From a virus (lineage: Duplodnaviria > Caudoviricetes): a DNA stretch of 64,000 bases. Location of the stretch: positions 1 to 64,000 of IMG/VR virus record IMGVR_UViG_3300021255_005860; one strand, given 5' to 3'. The notes below the pieces were generated by a model that made no database searches, was not told the DNA's origin, and saw only the letters and a program-made list of their open reading frames with translations. Shown here one piece after another: positions 27,301-36,918 of this stretch (its first letter is position 1; each line of letters opens with the position of its first letter). Both the position numbers and the translations under genes were made by a program.

Positions 27301-30038
27301 CTAGGTTCTAGTACCTTAAGATCTTGAGTATCTGAACTGTGGTAGATATTCTTCGTATTAAGAGTATAACTCTCAGTACCATTATTGAGAGATTCGCTAC
27401 CTGATAAGATAACTTTGCTCTTACGTTCTGTGATGACATATTTGATCTTAAGGTAGTCTAGTATCTTACGTAGTCCATATCTGTAACCTAATACGAAGAT
27501 CACAGGTAATGCAGTACCTAAATGATCTAATACTGTATATTCAGTAAGTGATGCAGGTTTATTAACTCCTTCCTTTAAAGATAGGAAGCAGATAGATTTG
27601 ATAGTAGGATACTCATAGTTGATATCCTCACCACCTGAGAACAATACACCTCTGACAGTATTCTGATTGTCAATAAATAACCACTCATGAGCATTATGAC
27701 CTACATAGATACCATAGGTGTCTTCAAGTGTCTGTAATTTTTCTTCACTATCACCAAAGTGCTCTAGACGATTGTTATAATCAAAACATAGACTCCAGCT
27801 CTCTTGAGCTTTAAATTCTATCGCGGCATAGTGAGCTGCCAGCGATGCATACTCATAAGAGATAGGAGCATCTATAACAGTATGTCCATAGATCACTTTA
27901 GCTGTAGACTTGGCAGTATTAACCACCTTATCTATATAAGAGAAGAAATCATGTGCTCTTGTAGTAACTCTCTTGATCAGTGCTTTGTTATAGCAAGAGG
28001 AGATAGATACGTTGATGTCAGATAGTTTTACTATAGGCAGATTGATTCTCTGCTTTAATAAGATCTGATCGATACCATCTATCTTGACTCTACCATTACG
28101 ATCTACATTAGGTAACTTAAATTTGATAGTAGACTGTCTTCCCTGAATATCTACATACTTAGCTGAGTATTCAATATCGTCGTTAACAGGAGTTACGATC
28201 CTCTTAGTCTTAAGATCAGTTAAGAACACACCTTCTGATCTAAAGGAAGTTAAGATAGAACCTAACTGCTTTTTATAAGTAGTTTTCATATAAGTTCTAT
28301 CAAAGGATTTAATCGTAGAGTTAGCTATAGAGTCATCGATAGGTTTTATCTTAGGATTGGAGCTGAATACATTGCTACCTAATTTAGTATCAGGGATCTC
28401 TACCTGAGTATCCTCTTCTATGATGTCATCTAAAAACTCATCGTCTAACTTGATCTCACGATACTTACGAGCTAACATCTTAAGCCTAGCTTTCTGTTTT
28501 ACTGTAAGATCTTGTGACTCGATCAGCTCATCAGTCTTAGCATCCAAATCAGCGTGATATTCAGCTGTAGTAGTATCAGTTTGAGCTATAGTCTCGATCT
28601 TAGTCTGGTTCTCTACAACCTTAGTATCAGGAGTTCTATCATCAGTAGAAGATCCTGTCTTAACTACTTGAGAAGTTATAAGCGCTGCTCTCTCTGTAGA
28701 AGGTTTAGGAGCGATAGCTTTAGGTAGAGTTTTAACTTTAACTTTAGATGCTACTTTGTTGATAACTTGTTCAACTTTGTCATCTTCAGTGATACCGGAT
28801 ACATGAGCTACTGCTTTAGGAGAGATCTTAAATGATGTAACCTTATTATCTTTAACAGATGGTCCATCTATAAGTACATCTTCTTTCTCTATCTCAGATG
28901 GAGTAGATGCATCCACATGTACACTACCATGCGACTTAGCTTGAACTGAAGTTGAGTGATCAGTAGAGGCAACTTTAGCTTCAACTTTATTATCAGTATC
29001 CTGTGCATCCTGCTCCAATTCACCCTTTAATTCCGAAGGGATATTATCCTCGGTTATCTCAGCTACATCCTCACTAGGGTGTACTACAGGAGCTGGAAGT
29101 CTACCCATAACGGATAATAAGTTTAATAAATTAACTATTCTGATAAAGGCATTATTCTTAGTATTTAATCCTTTCAGAGTAGCTAAATTAAAAATGACAT
29201 ATCTATCATTTAAATGTAAAATGAGATTGATCTTGCTAAGATCAGATTTAGGTAACTGTTTAAAAAGTGAAGGTGCATTGCCGTCCCAGACATAATTTAA
29301 CAATTCCATCATAAAGATATAGTGGAAGCTGTTAGGCTGTCTTATAGTAGTTTGATCTACTTTAGTTAGCGTACGCATAAAAGCAGATCTTGGTATGACA
29401 TCTTCATCCCAAGGTACAAAGATGAACTGTTGTTTATCTGGCTGTTGCTGTATGCAAGCATGTACGTTATTTAAAATAGAGGTAAGAATAATTTGAATAC
29501 GTCTAAAATAACGTAACTTACCACCGCCTAAAGTATACACACGGAACAATGGATTGTGACTTATTACACATAAGACATTATTGATCTTAGGCATCATATC
29601 AAAAGATGAGACAGGTTTAAACTTGCTCATATTTTGCATACGCCATTTCATCAAATTAGCAGGCATACCTGCCTGTCTATAGATGAACTTAGTTTCATCT
29701 AACTTGACACAGGAACTAAGATCCAAAGTACGGTTGTGATAGATAAATTTACGTAAAGATTCACGTCTTAGAAAATCACATTCTTCACAGCGTGGAGTAT
29801 CTTGGTGCGACTCAGGATAGGATACATCATCTAAAAGATGTATCATGGATCCTGTAGGTAACTGTATTTTGCTATTTAAGGTTATGACACGGGTAGAGAG
29901 GTGTGCAAGAGTGAAGATCGTAGTAGATCTTTTAAAAGAGTTAAGCATCCAGCGCTCTTGGCCTGGTTCCTGCAGCTCTTGATCTTGTCTACGGCACTCT
30001 TCGTCATAAGCCTTCCAGATAAGCTTATCGTCGATCAT
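24321..30038 (-). CDS. virion RNA polymerase beta-like subunit (phiKZ gp178-like)
   Basis: 1905 aa; RIRGYEQF, GAGGRT, DDAKRLNF, TGYERVVA, EDATAIS, GDKVV...QLKCT, PIDMFFS motifs; synteny with beta' and tape-measure genes. Confidence 0.9.
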   Translation of the reverse strand: MIDDKLIWKAYDEECRRQDQELQEPGQERWMLNSFKRSTTIFTLAHLSTRVITLNSKIQLPTGSMIHLLDDVSYPESHQDTPRCEECDFLRRESLRKFIYHNRTLDLSSCVKLDETKFIYRQAGMPANLMKWRMQNMSKFKPVSSFDMMPKINNVLCVISHNPLFRVYTLGGGKLRYFRRIQIILTSILNNVHACIQQQPDKQQFIFVPWDEDVIPRSAFMRTLTKVDQTTIRQPNSFHYIFMMELLNYVWDGNAPSLFKQLPKSDLSKINLILHLNDRYVIFNLATLKGLNTKNNAFIRIVNLLNLLSVMGRLPAPVVHPSEDVAEITEDNIPSELKGELEQDAQDTDNKVEAKVASTDHSTSVQAKSHGSVHVDASTPSEIEKEDVLIDGPSVKDNKVTSFKISPKAVAHVSGITEDDKVEQVINKVASKVKVKTLPKAIAPKPSTERAALITSQVVKTGSSTDDRTPDTKVVENQTKIETIAQTDTTTAEYHADLDAKTDELIESQDLTVKQKARLKMLARKYREIKLDDEFLDDIIEEDTQVEIPDTKLGSNVFSSNPKIKPIDDSIANSTIKSFDRTYMKTTYKKQLGSILTSFRSEGVFLTDLKTKRIVTPVNDDIEYSAKYVDIQGRQSTIKFKLPNVDRNGRVKIDGIDQILLKQRINLPIVKLSDINVSISSCYNKALIKRVTTRAHDFFSYIDKVVNTAKSTAKVIYGHTVIDAPISYEYASLAAHYAAIEFKAQESWSLCFDYNNRLEHFGDSEEKLQTLEDTYGIYVGHNAHEWLFIDNQNTVRGVLFSGGEDINYEYPTIKSICFLSLKEGVNKPASLTEYTVLDHLGTALPVIFVLGYRYGLRKILDYLKIKYVITERKSKVILSGSESLNNGTESYTLNTKNIYHSSDTQDLKVLEPRHEKTPDGKDIGRVFGSPYLTYSILFGDSWDDRRANLSAYSDSADGSNPRFVYTFLKDISYKEVSHPWSTYVLDPNAGWKQYAKSTTEVICYKKVKVLKEIKHNNWIKDILRYAADPKNRLEIRGLEHVKGLPLDILEGDAESFEENLYDEIVVGGNRDIGDIAPHYHKFKFEKAGLEDANTFGTAVTTLPEGSYKVTPDVASLSVSFVEALSRVFERNLPKLEYIQILFNPEDITSWQERIMKLSSGAKVSLGILRSKTYPTGSYPVLDHSKFILEQMELLHTSLKQQGIYFSYELEPVENGYDVILKDLFKVRAGEEGYVIPGLEDIALDTKYVPRPDDIGIRFKDKTLWFNRYPLKYSLIVAGLDSFNTEDYDFADFNSPEVYTAVMNDMGKSPNYLKGLDSFYDLFIDPITFNVLKQMHEPTTVRDIFIRASELLTTRDYRPAASSANYRIRGYEQFNYIVYNEMAQQIAAWQASRGRSNNFTVNPEAIYLRIVQNASMEPTASANPLQDIKLSASMTFAGAGGRTSESFVVEDRKFTEDSVGIMAMDTTDNQKVGMNAQLTLNSSIATTEGLCVEKDRKDMKPSDVFSIHTLLFPFGDKDDAKRLNFESIQSTHMIPTNSVERSRVHTGYERVVAQYCGRQFAGVAEQDGEVTNIDKKAQLVEVTYKDGTIDVFNYGEKYSEHEGVNVTSNLICNVDIGDKLKKGDIVMYDKNYFVKNKRDNQVDFTIGVNATVAMVESDVTLEDATAISRDFADRIGIKPTNTRVISIKRNSLVHFCAKVGDIVKHTDNLLIYEEDATLTGGDLFKGDAETLDLLGDLNRRTPSAKYSGKITKIEAFYGGPINEMHPSVQEVVNTALTDVIRKNRFAKGTLAQGDFAPPSPLPVGSKFKGVKIFEDTVILIFYIQEVESARVGDKVVVCNQLKCTISDIANHPQYTEGGRPIDMFFSADAAGRRVCMSPMFMGVSSRIMEQLEQNIVDYYFNDKKLE

Positions 30039-30348
30039 AATTGGTAAATCTCCTAGGGATTTAAGCTATACAATCGTCTTTAAACAAAAGAGTCATAGCA
30101 AGTACCGCACAGAACGGTACCTGCTATAGATTTTTATCCCAGGTGAGAGAAATAGCTTTAAGCGTTGCAGTTACACCTTATGAAACCGAAAAAGCATAAG
30201 GCTATCTGTCTATATATGTTTCTTACCTGAGAGTTTCATAGGACAGGGGCCCTGAGGTAAGCGGAGTCTTATAGCAGATCGTTCTCAAAGTTACTTCTCT
30301 CAGTATATAGTCTAGCTACATCTTTTGTAAATTTTAATATACCCCAAG

Positions 30349-30483
30349 TTCAGAGAACCTACATATACTCTACTATTATCTATCAGATCGACTCCACCCT
30401 GCCTAAATGCACCAGCTCTCGCGAAGTTATCGATCTATCCACTGATCACTATGAAGCACATCTGTGCCCACCCATCATGATAA
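30349..30483 (-). repeat. solo variable-region cassette
   Basis: TATCAT...GGTTCTCTGAAC encoding FYHDGWAQMCFIVISG*IDNFARAGAFRQGGVDLIDNSRVYVGSL. Confidence 0.8.
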
Positions 30484-30536
30484 AAAGTATAAAAGAAGAG
30501 CAGGAGGCGTGGGACCTCCCGCTCTTAGATACTAAC

Positions 30537-32441
30537 TTAGGAGAAAAATACGATATCTTTAACTGTAAGTTTATTAGATTCTAATCCTGCCAGTACGTTA
30601 AAGTTTAAAGCTATAATGATATTAGCACTAGCGTCTTTATAAACTTCAGCGTTGATATAAGCAGGTTCATCTTGATGAGTAAAGGTAGCATGACCTTTGA
30701 GATGAGCTGACTGGGCAAATGGAATATCCACTGCAAACTCCAATCCCTCTTCTTCTTTGATATCAAGTCTCATCTTAGTGATGCGAGAAATATCCACATT
30801 TTCCGAGGCTGCTATGATGCTATCAGTTAGCACCTTATTCTGCCAACCTTCAATCTCACGGTTAAGATCCAAATCACCTACCCAAGCTAAATGACCCTTA
30901 TGGAAAGGTATTAACATGGATTCAGATTTAGAGCTATCAAGTAAAGATGACCAAGTTGAAGACCCATCAGGTAATACAAAATCTGAGTTAGCTGGATAGG
31001 TGAGTTCATCAATCTCATCTATTAGTACCCACTCAGATTCTTGTCCTGAGATATCCTCAATTTGGAAGGTCTCTTTGTTCATGGTCTTAAGATCTAGGCC
31101 TAACTGCAGGTAACAGCCAGAAGCTTTTTCTTGACTATTCCAAACAACTCTAAGCTGAGGTCTTATGATGTCAGCTATAGCAGAATAATCACTAAATGCT
31201 GTATAACCTTTAGGATAGTTATCTACTAATACTTGACAGTTGAAAACATCACCATCCGTATTTTCAAGATCTACTGCTACTGAGCAGGTGAACTGGAAGT
31301 GGGATAGTAAGGATTGTAATTTAAAAGTAAAGGTATCAGCAGTTGATACTGTGCTAGAACCACCTGCTTTATATAAGGAGGCTATTGTAAACCAGTTAAC
31401 TCCACTCTCTGATGCATAGACTTTCATCAAAATAGTCTTACCATCAGTGACATCACCGTAATTTACTCCGCCATGCAATCTACGCATTTCAGACTCCAGG
31501 GTAGTTATTCTATCAAATAAAGATGAGATTACTTTAGTGCTTCCTATAGAAGAAGTAGTCACTGTTTGAGCATCGTTTAAATAGCTTATAATTGAGCTTA
31601 GATTTTCAAGCAGCAATCTATAATTCTCAACTGTAGGTTCACCACCAAAAGCTTGGTATGTGATCTTAACTGTACCTTCAACCGGAGTTACAATCGCGAT
31701 AAAATGCCAAACAGCCTCCAGTGCTGAGGTAGCTTTAGTGGCAGCTTCATCCATGCCAACTAGATAGTAATCAGTACCCTTAACAAGTTCTACCTCGTTA
31801 TAGGTAACCTTGATACTATCAGCATAGAAACTACCTGCCTGTGGATGCACTATCACTCTGCCATTAGCAGTTGAAACTACATGCTCTTCATCTTCTACTA
31901 AGTTAGCAGGATTCTCACCTGTGGTATCTACTTCGTAGATCTTAGCATCTCCCGTGGTAAGTGCGGTAGTAGATGACACTCTATTTAACAGAGCATCATG
32001 CTGAGCTATCTTAGCTACCATCTCAGAGAGCATCTCAGGTGTGAAGTTTAATGCAGTATTCTCAACATAGCTCTGCTGGATCTGAGATGGGTATAACCTC
32101 TGATAAGAGATAGCGATAGAGAAATCACTATCATCATCTTCAAAGGTATGGATCATCTCGATACCTGAACAGAAATTAGCTCTGAAAGTACTATCGCGTA
32201 ACCTTGCAGCTGAATAATCATTATCGCAGGTAGTTACAAAATCATCTGGAATAATGTAATCGGTATTTAAGGTCAGAAGCTGTCCTGAGATACCGCCTGA
32301 GGCATAGTAGACTTTGATACTATCAGCATAGACTGGAGTTTCAAAATCTATCCTCTGCCCATATTTGTATACTTTATAGATAAGATTTGATACTGTGCAA
32401 TTACTATCGCTACCAGTCAAATCCATGGTTAAATTAGCCAT
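30537..32441 (-). CDS. virion structural protein (baseplate/tail-associated)
   Basis: 634 aa; DLTG / DTTGENPANLVEDEEH motifs typical of phiKZ-like tail proteins. Confidence 0.65.
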   Translation of the reverse strand: MANLTMDLTGSDSNCTVSNLIYKVYKYGQRIDFETPVYADSIKVYYASGGISGQLLTLNTDYIIPDDFVTTCDNDYSAARLRDSTFRANFCSGIEMIHTFEDDDSDFSIAISYQRLYPSQIQQSYVENTALNFTPEMLSEMVAKIAQHDALLNRVSSTTALTTGDAKIYEVDTTGENPANLVEDEEHVVSTANGRVIVHPQAGSFYADSIKVTYNEVELVKGTDYYLVGMDEAATKATSALEAVWHFIAIVTPVEGTVKITYQAFGGEPTVENYRLLLENLSSIISYLNDAQTVTTSSIGSTKVISSLFDRITTLESEMRRLHGGVNYGDVTDGKTILMKVYASESGVNWFTIASLYKAGGSSTVSTADTFTFKLQSLLSHFQFTCSVAVDLENTDGDVFNCQVLVDNYPKGYTAFSDYSAIADIIRPQLRVVWNSQEKASGCYLQLGLDLKTMNKETFQIEDISGQESEWVLIDEIDELTYPANSDFVLPDGSSTWSSLLDSSKSESMLIPFHKGHLAWVGDLDLNREIEGWQNKVLTDSIIAASENVDISRITKMRLDIKEEEGLEFAVDIPFAQSAHLKGHATFTHQDEPAYINAEVYKDASANIIIALNFNVLAGLESNKLTVKDIVFFS

Positions 32442-32447
32442 TCAACT

Positions 32448-33098
32448 CTAGCTCCCCGATGCTTTAAGTTCTTCTATGATAGCATTCTGTCTTACGATGA
32501 TCTCTTCGTAAGCTTCAAGCTTAGACTTAAGCGAACTGTTCTCTTTAAGAAGACGAGCATTCTCAGAAAAGTAGTTAACTACTCCTGTCTTGACTGCTTC
32601 ACGGCGTTCTAATTCAGCTTGGTATTCACTATCTGTAAGCCACTCTTCACCTACTGTAATAAGAGCAGGATCAGGGTTGATGCCTAGCATAGATTTACAT
32701 CTATCAATGATAGTATTTTTGACCTCACCTAAGGTATCAGGATCAGCTGTGATACCTACATAAGCTGTAACACCGAATTTATAATAACACTGCACATTGT
32801 GATCTGGAGTTGTTTCCATAAAACACAGTGGCATGTATAATAAAGTCGAGCCTTTAGTTTCAGGAGATTTTAACTTCATGATCTTAGATGCTTTGATAGT
32901 TTCAAGATCATCGTTAACATCACTCTCAGTTAACCCGCATGGTTCATACACCTGGGTTAACAGATCTCCACCTTCTTCTAGGAACTCATCGTAGGTCATA
33001 AGTTTAATCAACCGATAAATTCCATCGAGGATAGTAAAACGATCTAAAAAGGTGAACTTATATACTACCCCTACAGTTGGAATGATCGAAACACTCAT
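32448..33098 (-). CDS. putative virion protein with C-terminal coiled coil
   Basis: 216 aa, in an operon with structural genes. Confidence 0.6.
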   Translation of the reverse strand: MSVSIIPTVGVVYKFTFLDRFTILDGIYRLIKLMTYDEFLEEGGDLLTQVYEPCGLTESDVNDDLETIKASKIMKLKSPETKGSTLLYMPLCFMETTPDHNVQCYYKFGVTAYVGITADPDTLGEVKNTIIDRCKSMLGINPDPALITVGEEWLTDSEYQAELERREAVKTGVVNYFSENARLLKENSSLKSKLEAYEEIIVRQNAIIEELKASGS

Positions 33099-33108
33099 AA
33101 CCTAACTC

Positions 33109-34491
33109 CTAACTACCAGTAGGCAGTACTGATAAGAATGCTTGCTGTTCTAGAACATAGAACTCAGCTTGGTTAGAGGTAAAGGTTAGGTAACTTAGAG
33201 AACCATCGACCACTTTGGTAAACTCAGTTGAGGTAGTAGCACCTGTTAATACAGCCATACAACGAATCAGCTTACCTGCAAACTCCTGAGTTGCAGTAGG
33301 TAAGTATTTCCAGCCATCAGTCATAGTTGAGTAGTTCTGATACTGTGGATACTCATCATAGAAGTTCATATGTTCAGCGTCGTTTAACTCATCTGGTATC
33401 ACAACTGAGAATAAGGTATTCTGAGCGTTAGTGATAAGATAAGCATAGTTATCTATGAAATCATCCGAAGTCTCAGGATAGATAGTCTTGATAGCAGTCA
33501 TAGCTTTACTTATAGACTGAATCGATGGATAGATCGTTCTGTCAGATAACTCAGTTACATTATTCCAAAGTGGAATGATGTAGTAACGAGCCTCTATAAA
33601 CAGGTCTGGGAATAACTCCTCAAGCACACTATCTGTAACACCTGTAGCCTCAGTTAAATAGTCACGAATAGCTTTACGACATTCAAGACTTGATGGAGCC
33701 TCTCTACCACAGTAAGCTAAGGCAAAAGTTACTTCTATATCCTGAGTTGTGGAGATATTGTACTTAGTCTTAAAGGTATGGATACCATTTTGATCACGTA
33801 CTACGGTCTCAACATTAGTTCTTGCAAAGATATAAGTAGCACTGTTAGTCAATACATCTACATTAGAGGTAGCTAGGAAAGTTGTAGGATCTACTAACTT
33901 ATCTGGTGAGTATGGCGGTATCACCTGAGTGATAGTTATAAATGGATACTCTTCGCTAAAGGCCTTACGACCTACCCAAATATGGAAGAAGATCTCAACT
34001 GTATCTGACTTATAACTAAAGATCAATGAGTCATAGACTCTAATAGTAGTCTTATTACCAGTATTATCACAGATAATCGGAGTACCATAAGTACTACCAT
34101 GTGAGAATGTTCCTGCCACATAGCCACTATAAGAGGTAGCAGTAGTAAGGATATGCTCTATGTTCTCATCAGTATAATCTTGCTGTAAATATACACGCTC
34201 TAAGATGTTAAAAATAGCCTGACTATCTGCGTCAGTCATATTCTTAAGTTCATCTAGATCGACTCTATCTTGATCAAATAAGATCCGCATGCCACCACGA
34301 GCTGGCGCATGGTTCACGATAGTCATACGTGAGGTTCTGCTATCGCCTAAGATACCTCGGTTGACTAGATAATTTGCAGGCTCTAAAGTAAGAACTCCGT
34401 ATCCTTGATCAGTGGATGCAGAGAGATCTAATGTAGTTGATAACTTCAACGCATCATCTTCTAAAAAGCCATAAAGAATAGTTGTGGCCAT
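33109..34491 (-). CDS. putative virion structural protein
   Basis: 460 aa; FPDLF...YYIIPLW motif seen in jumbo phage structural proteins. Confidence 0.6.
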   Translation of the reverse strand: MATTILYGFLEDDALKLSTTLDLSASTDQGYGVLTLEPANYLVNRGILGDSRTSRMTIVNHAPARGGMRILFDQDRVDLDELKNMTDADSQAIFNILERVYLQQDYTDENIEHILTTATSYSGYVAGTFSHGSTYGTPIICDNTGNKTTIRVYDSLIFSYKSDTVEIFFHIWVGRKAFSEEYPFITITQVIPPYSPDKLVDPTTFLATSNVDVLTNSATYIFARTNVETVVRDQNGIHTFKTKYNISTTQDIEVTFALAYCGREAPSSLECRKAIRDYLTEATGVTDSVLEELFPDLFIEARYYIIPLWNNVTELSDRTIYPSIQSISKAMTAIKTIYPETSDDFIDNYAYLITNAQNTLFSVVIPDELNDAEHMNFYDEYPQYQNYSTMTDGWKYLPTATQEFAGKLIRCMAVLTGATTSTEFTKVVDGSLSYLTFTSNQAEFYVLEQQAFLSVLPTGS

Positions 34492-34669
34492 CGATGACCC
34501 TCTTTCTATAGAAAAATGTAAGTTCGAACTATAGCCCTGTTACGGGCTATAGCATCGTCGTAATCATCAAGATATTCAGGAGATGAACCTATAAGCCAAC
34601 GAACGATGTTATGACGTCGTTACGCCGAATGATCGGCCACTTTTTTGCGCACAAAAGAGGAACAACTGT

Positions 34670-36433
34670 ATGGCTACTCTTGCCGAGATTCAAACTGCTG
34701 CTCAGGCCGCAGTAGATGCTGCGACTAATACAATCGCAGCAACTACCAAAACCCAAGCAGTACTTGAACAACAGCAGTATTTAGTAAATAGCAAGATCGC
34801 TGCTCACAACGCAGATGAATCTGCACATCCTTATATAAGACAGCTGATAGCTAACATAGCGGCAGGTGGATCTACTACCACTGAAATAGTAGATGAAACT
34901 GGTGAGACTACCATAGATACTAGTGATGTTAAAATCACTTTAAATATGGTACCTGAATTTGAGTTGGTCAATGAAACCGAGCGTAACATGATTACGCTCT
35001 ATATCACTGCAACTGATAACGAGATGCATTCTGTCACCAGGGGTATACCGATCTATATGACACCTCAGTTGAACTTAGGTGCTATCTCTTTTAACTGTGA
35101 TAACTACTTCACTCAAGGATCGGTTAATAACTTTAATATAACAGGTGTAGTAAGTCGTATCGATGAGACTAAATCTCCTTTCTACGATATCATCTGCGAT
35201 AATGCCAATGTAACTATAAGTAAGTTAAATGCTATCTCCCAAGGTGAAAACATCACGATAGCAGTCCCTGAGACGGTAGCACTTGGTACTACTTTAACTT
35301 TTACAGTAACTCTACACGACAGAGCAGATGATCTCTTCCAGAGTACTACGACATTTACTCGTAAGGTTACCAACCCTCCATCAGTTACCGATGTAGTGTG
35401 TAACTTCCCTGCAAATGTAGTACGAGGAGATACTGGTAGCTTTACTATAAGTGGTGCAGTAGATCCTGATGGTGACACTTGTACTTATGCTTTAGTTAAT
35501 GCTCATAGTAGTTTAACCTTTAGCCAAACCGTAGGTATAGCAGATGGTGCTAGTGTAACTTACAATGTAGGTAATACTGCTCCTCATGGTGAAAATATCT
35601 CTTTCACTATAAGAGCCTATGACCCTGATGGTGGATGTTCTGATAAAGTTATAACTGCTTATGTCAACGATAGTATCGAGCAAGATGAATTAGGAGTAGT
35701 TTTCTCCTTCTTACCTAACACTGATAACACTATCTCCTTTACACCAACTGAAGATAGCGATGGACAGACTGTAACTTATACAGTTACAACTTCCACACCT
35801 GGTGCCAGCGTAACTGGCGCAAATGGTATCGCAGGCGGGGTTGAATTTACCTTACACTCACCAACTGAGGCTACCATAGCCCGTGGCGCAACTTGGCCTA
35901 TCACGGTCACAGTTGAGGATGGAGTTGAGACTTATACCTATGCAGTCAATGTAAGACAGGCAACTGTTCCTACCATCGTAGACAGTCAGGTAAGTTCTTC
36001 TATCGAAGGTATCACCATGCATGGCGGTGCTGAGAACGCAGTAGCAACCTCTATCGTAGGTCCTACTACTGATGCTAATGGTGTTGGAGTAACTTACAAC
36101 ATCACTAACATCTCAAGTGGGTTAACCTTCTCTAAGACTACCGGTATAACATCAGGTGAAGCTATATCTGTTACAGCATCTAAAGTTACTCAAGCTACAA
36201 CTGCAAGCTTTAGTGTAACTGTAACTAATGCCTTAGGTGAAACTTCAGCTACTAGTGTTACTATGTCCTTTGCCGTAGATCCTATCGAAGTTACTGCTCA
36301 GCCTACTTTCACCTATCCTACAACAGGTGTAGAAGTTGAGTACTACAATGGATTTACTATGACCTGGTCTGATATAGCGTTAGGCTATGACACAGGTGAA
36401 GGTGCATATCCATCGGACGGATCTGAAGCTTAA
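34670..36433 (+). CDS. tail-fibre-like protein with Ig/cadherin-like repeats
   Basis: AAHNADESAHPYIRQLI fibre motif; Thr/Val-rich beta repeats with DPDGD/DSDG. Confidence 0.7.
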   Translation: MATLAEIQTAAQAAVDAATNTIAATTKTQAVLEQQQYLVNSKIAAHNADESAHPYIRQLIANIAAGGSTTTEIVDETGETTIDTSDVKITLNMVPEFELVNETERNMITLYITATDNEMHSVTRGIPIYMTPQLNLGAISFNCDNYFTQGSVNNFNITGVVSRIDETKSPFYDIICDNANVTISKLNAISQGENITIAVPETVALGTTLTFTVTLHDRADDLFQSTTTFTRKVTNPPSVTDVVCNFPANVVRGDTGSFTISGAVDPDGDTCTYALVNAHSSLTFSQTVGIADGASVTYNVGNTAPHGENISFTIRAYDPDGGCSDKVITAYVNDSIEQDELGVVFSFLPNTDNTISFTPTEDSDGQTVTYTVTTSTPGASVTGANGIAGGVEFTLHSPTEATIARGATWPITVTVEDGVETYTYAVNVRQATVPTIVDSQVSSSIEGITMHGGAENAVATSIVGPTTDANGVGVTYNITNISSGLTFSKTTGITSGEAISVTASKVTQATTASFSVTVTNALGETSATSVTMSFAVDPIEVTAQPTFTYPTTGVEVEYYNGFTMTWSDIALGYDTGEGAYPSDGSEA

Positions 36434-36488
36434 ATATATGTAAGATACTGATACGGTTATCCCGTATCAGTATCTATACTCTTTTTAT

Positions 36489-36692
36489 ATGTTATTGGAG
36501 GTGATAACTATGCAAAACTCATCTGATGTTATATACCCTGTATATACACGATCTGTGATTTCTAGTGCCCCTATAACCCCTGTAACTCAAACCTATGGAT
36601 ACGCTATCAACTCATATGGCGATATGTTATCCGCAACTGGATCTATAGTAAAAGCTCCTAGAACTCAAGATCCTTATTCAAACAAAAAATAA
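36489..36692 (+). CDS. small hypothetical protein
   Basis: GGAGG before the internal ATG (MQNSS); flanked by hairpins. Confidence 0.5.
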   Translation: MLLEVITMQNSSDVIYPVYTRSVISSAPITPVTQTYGYAINSYGDMLSATGSIVKAPRTQDPYSNKK

Positions 36693-36732
36693 TGAGAAGT
36701 ACTACTCTTAATGAGTAGTACTTCTTAGATCA

Positions 36733-36918
36733 CTAATTATTCTGATTAGGCAGCTGGTGGTAAGTCATATTAAAGAAATTCATCTTTAACAATCTACCAC
36801 TTCCCGCTCCATAAACTAATTTTTGTGAACTGTCAACCATAGCTTTCGGAGAGTTTAAAAACTCCTCTATTTCTCGGTTGGCTTCATCGGACATCAGAAT
36901 ATTCATACCCAAGACATC
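36733..36918 (-). CDS. virion RNAP beta'-like subunit, exon 2
   Basis: DVLGMNILMSDEANREIEEFLNSP... completes DGDHDG-D after splicing. Confidence 0.85.
   Translation of the reverse strand, partial: DVLGMNILMSDEANREIEEFLNSPKAMVDSSQKLVYGAGSGRLLKMNFFNMTYHQLPNQNN

Noticed and set aside
26320-27405. Intein in RNAP beta
   Set aside because: No C-terminal His-Asn plus Cys/Ser/Thr junction and no LAGLIDADG blocks seen
8466-30437. Genome-wide stop-codon reassignment (TAG or TGA)
   Set aside because: Very long genes are intact in the standard code, and TAG and TGA end many real genes (e.g. 3903, 50879, 783)
34670-36433. Tail-fibre-like gene as the cassette target
   Set aside because: Its C-terminus (...YDTGEGAYPSDGSEA) lacks the YH/GGxW/GxF/GSRLSKN pattern
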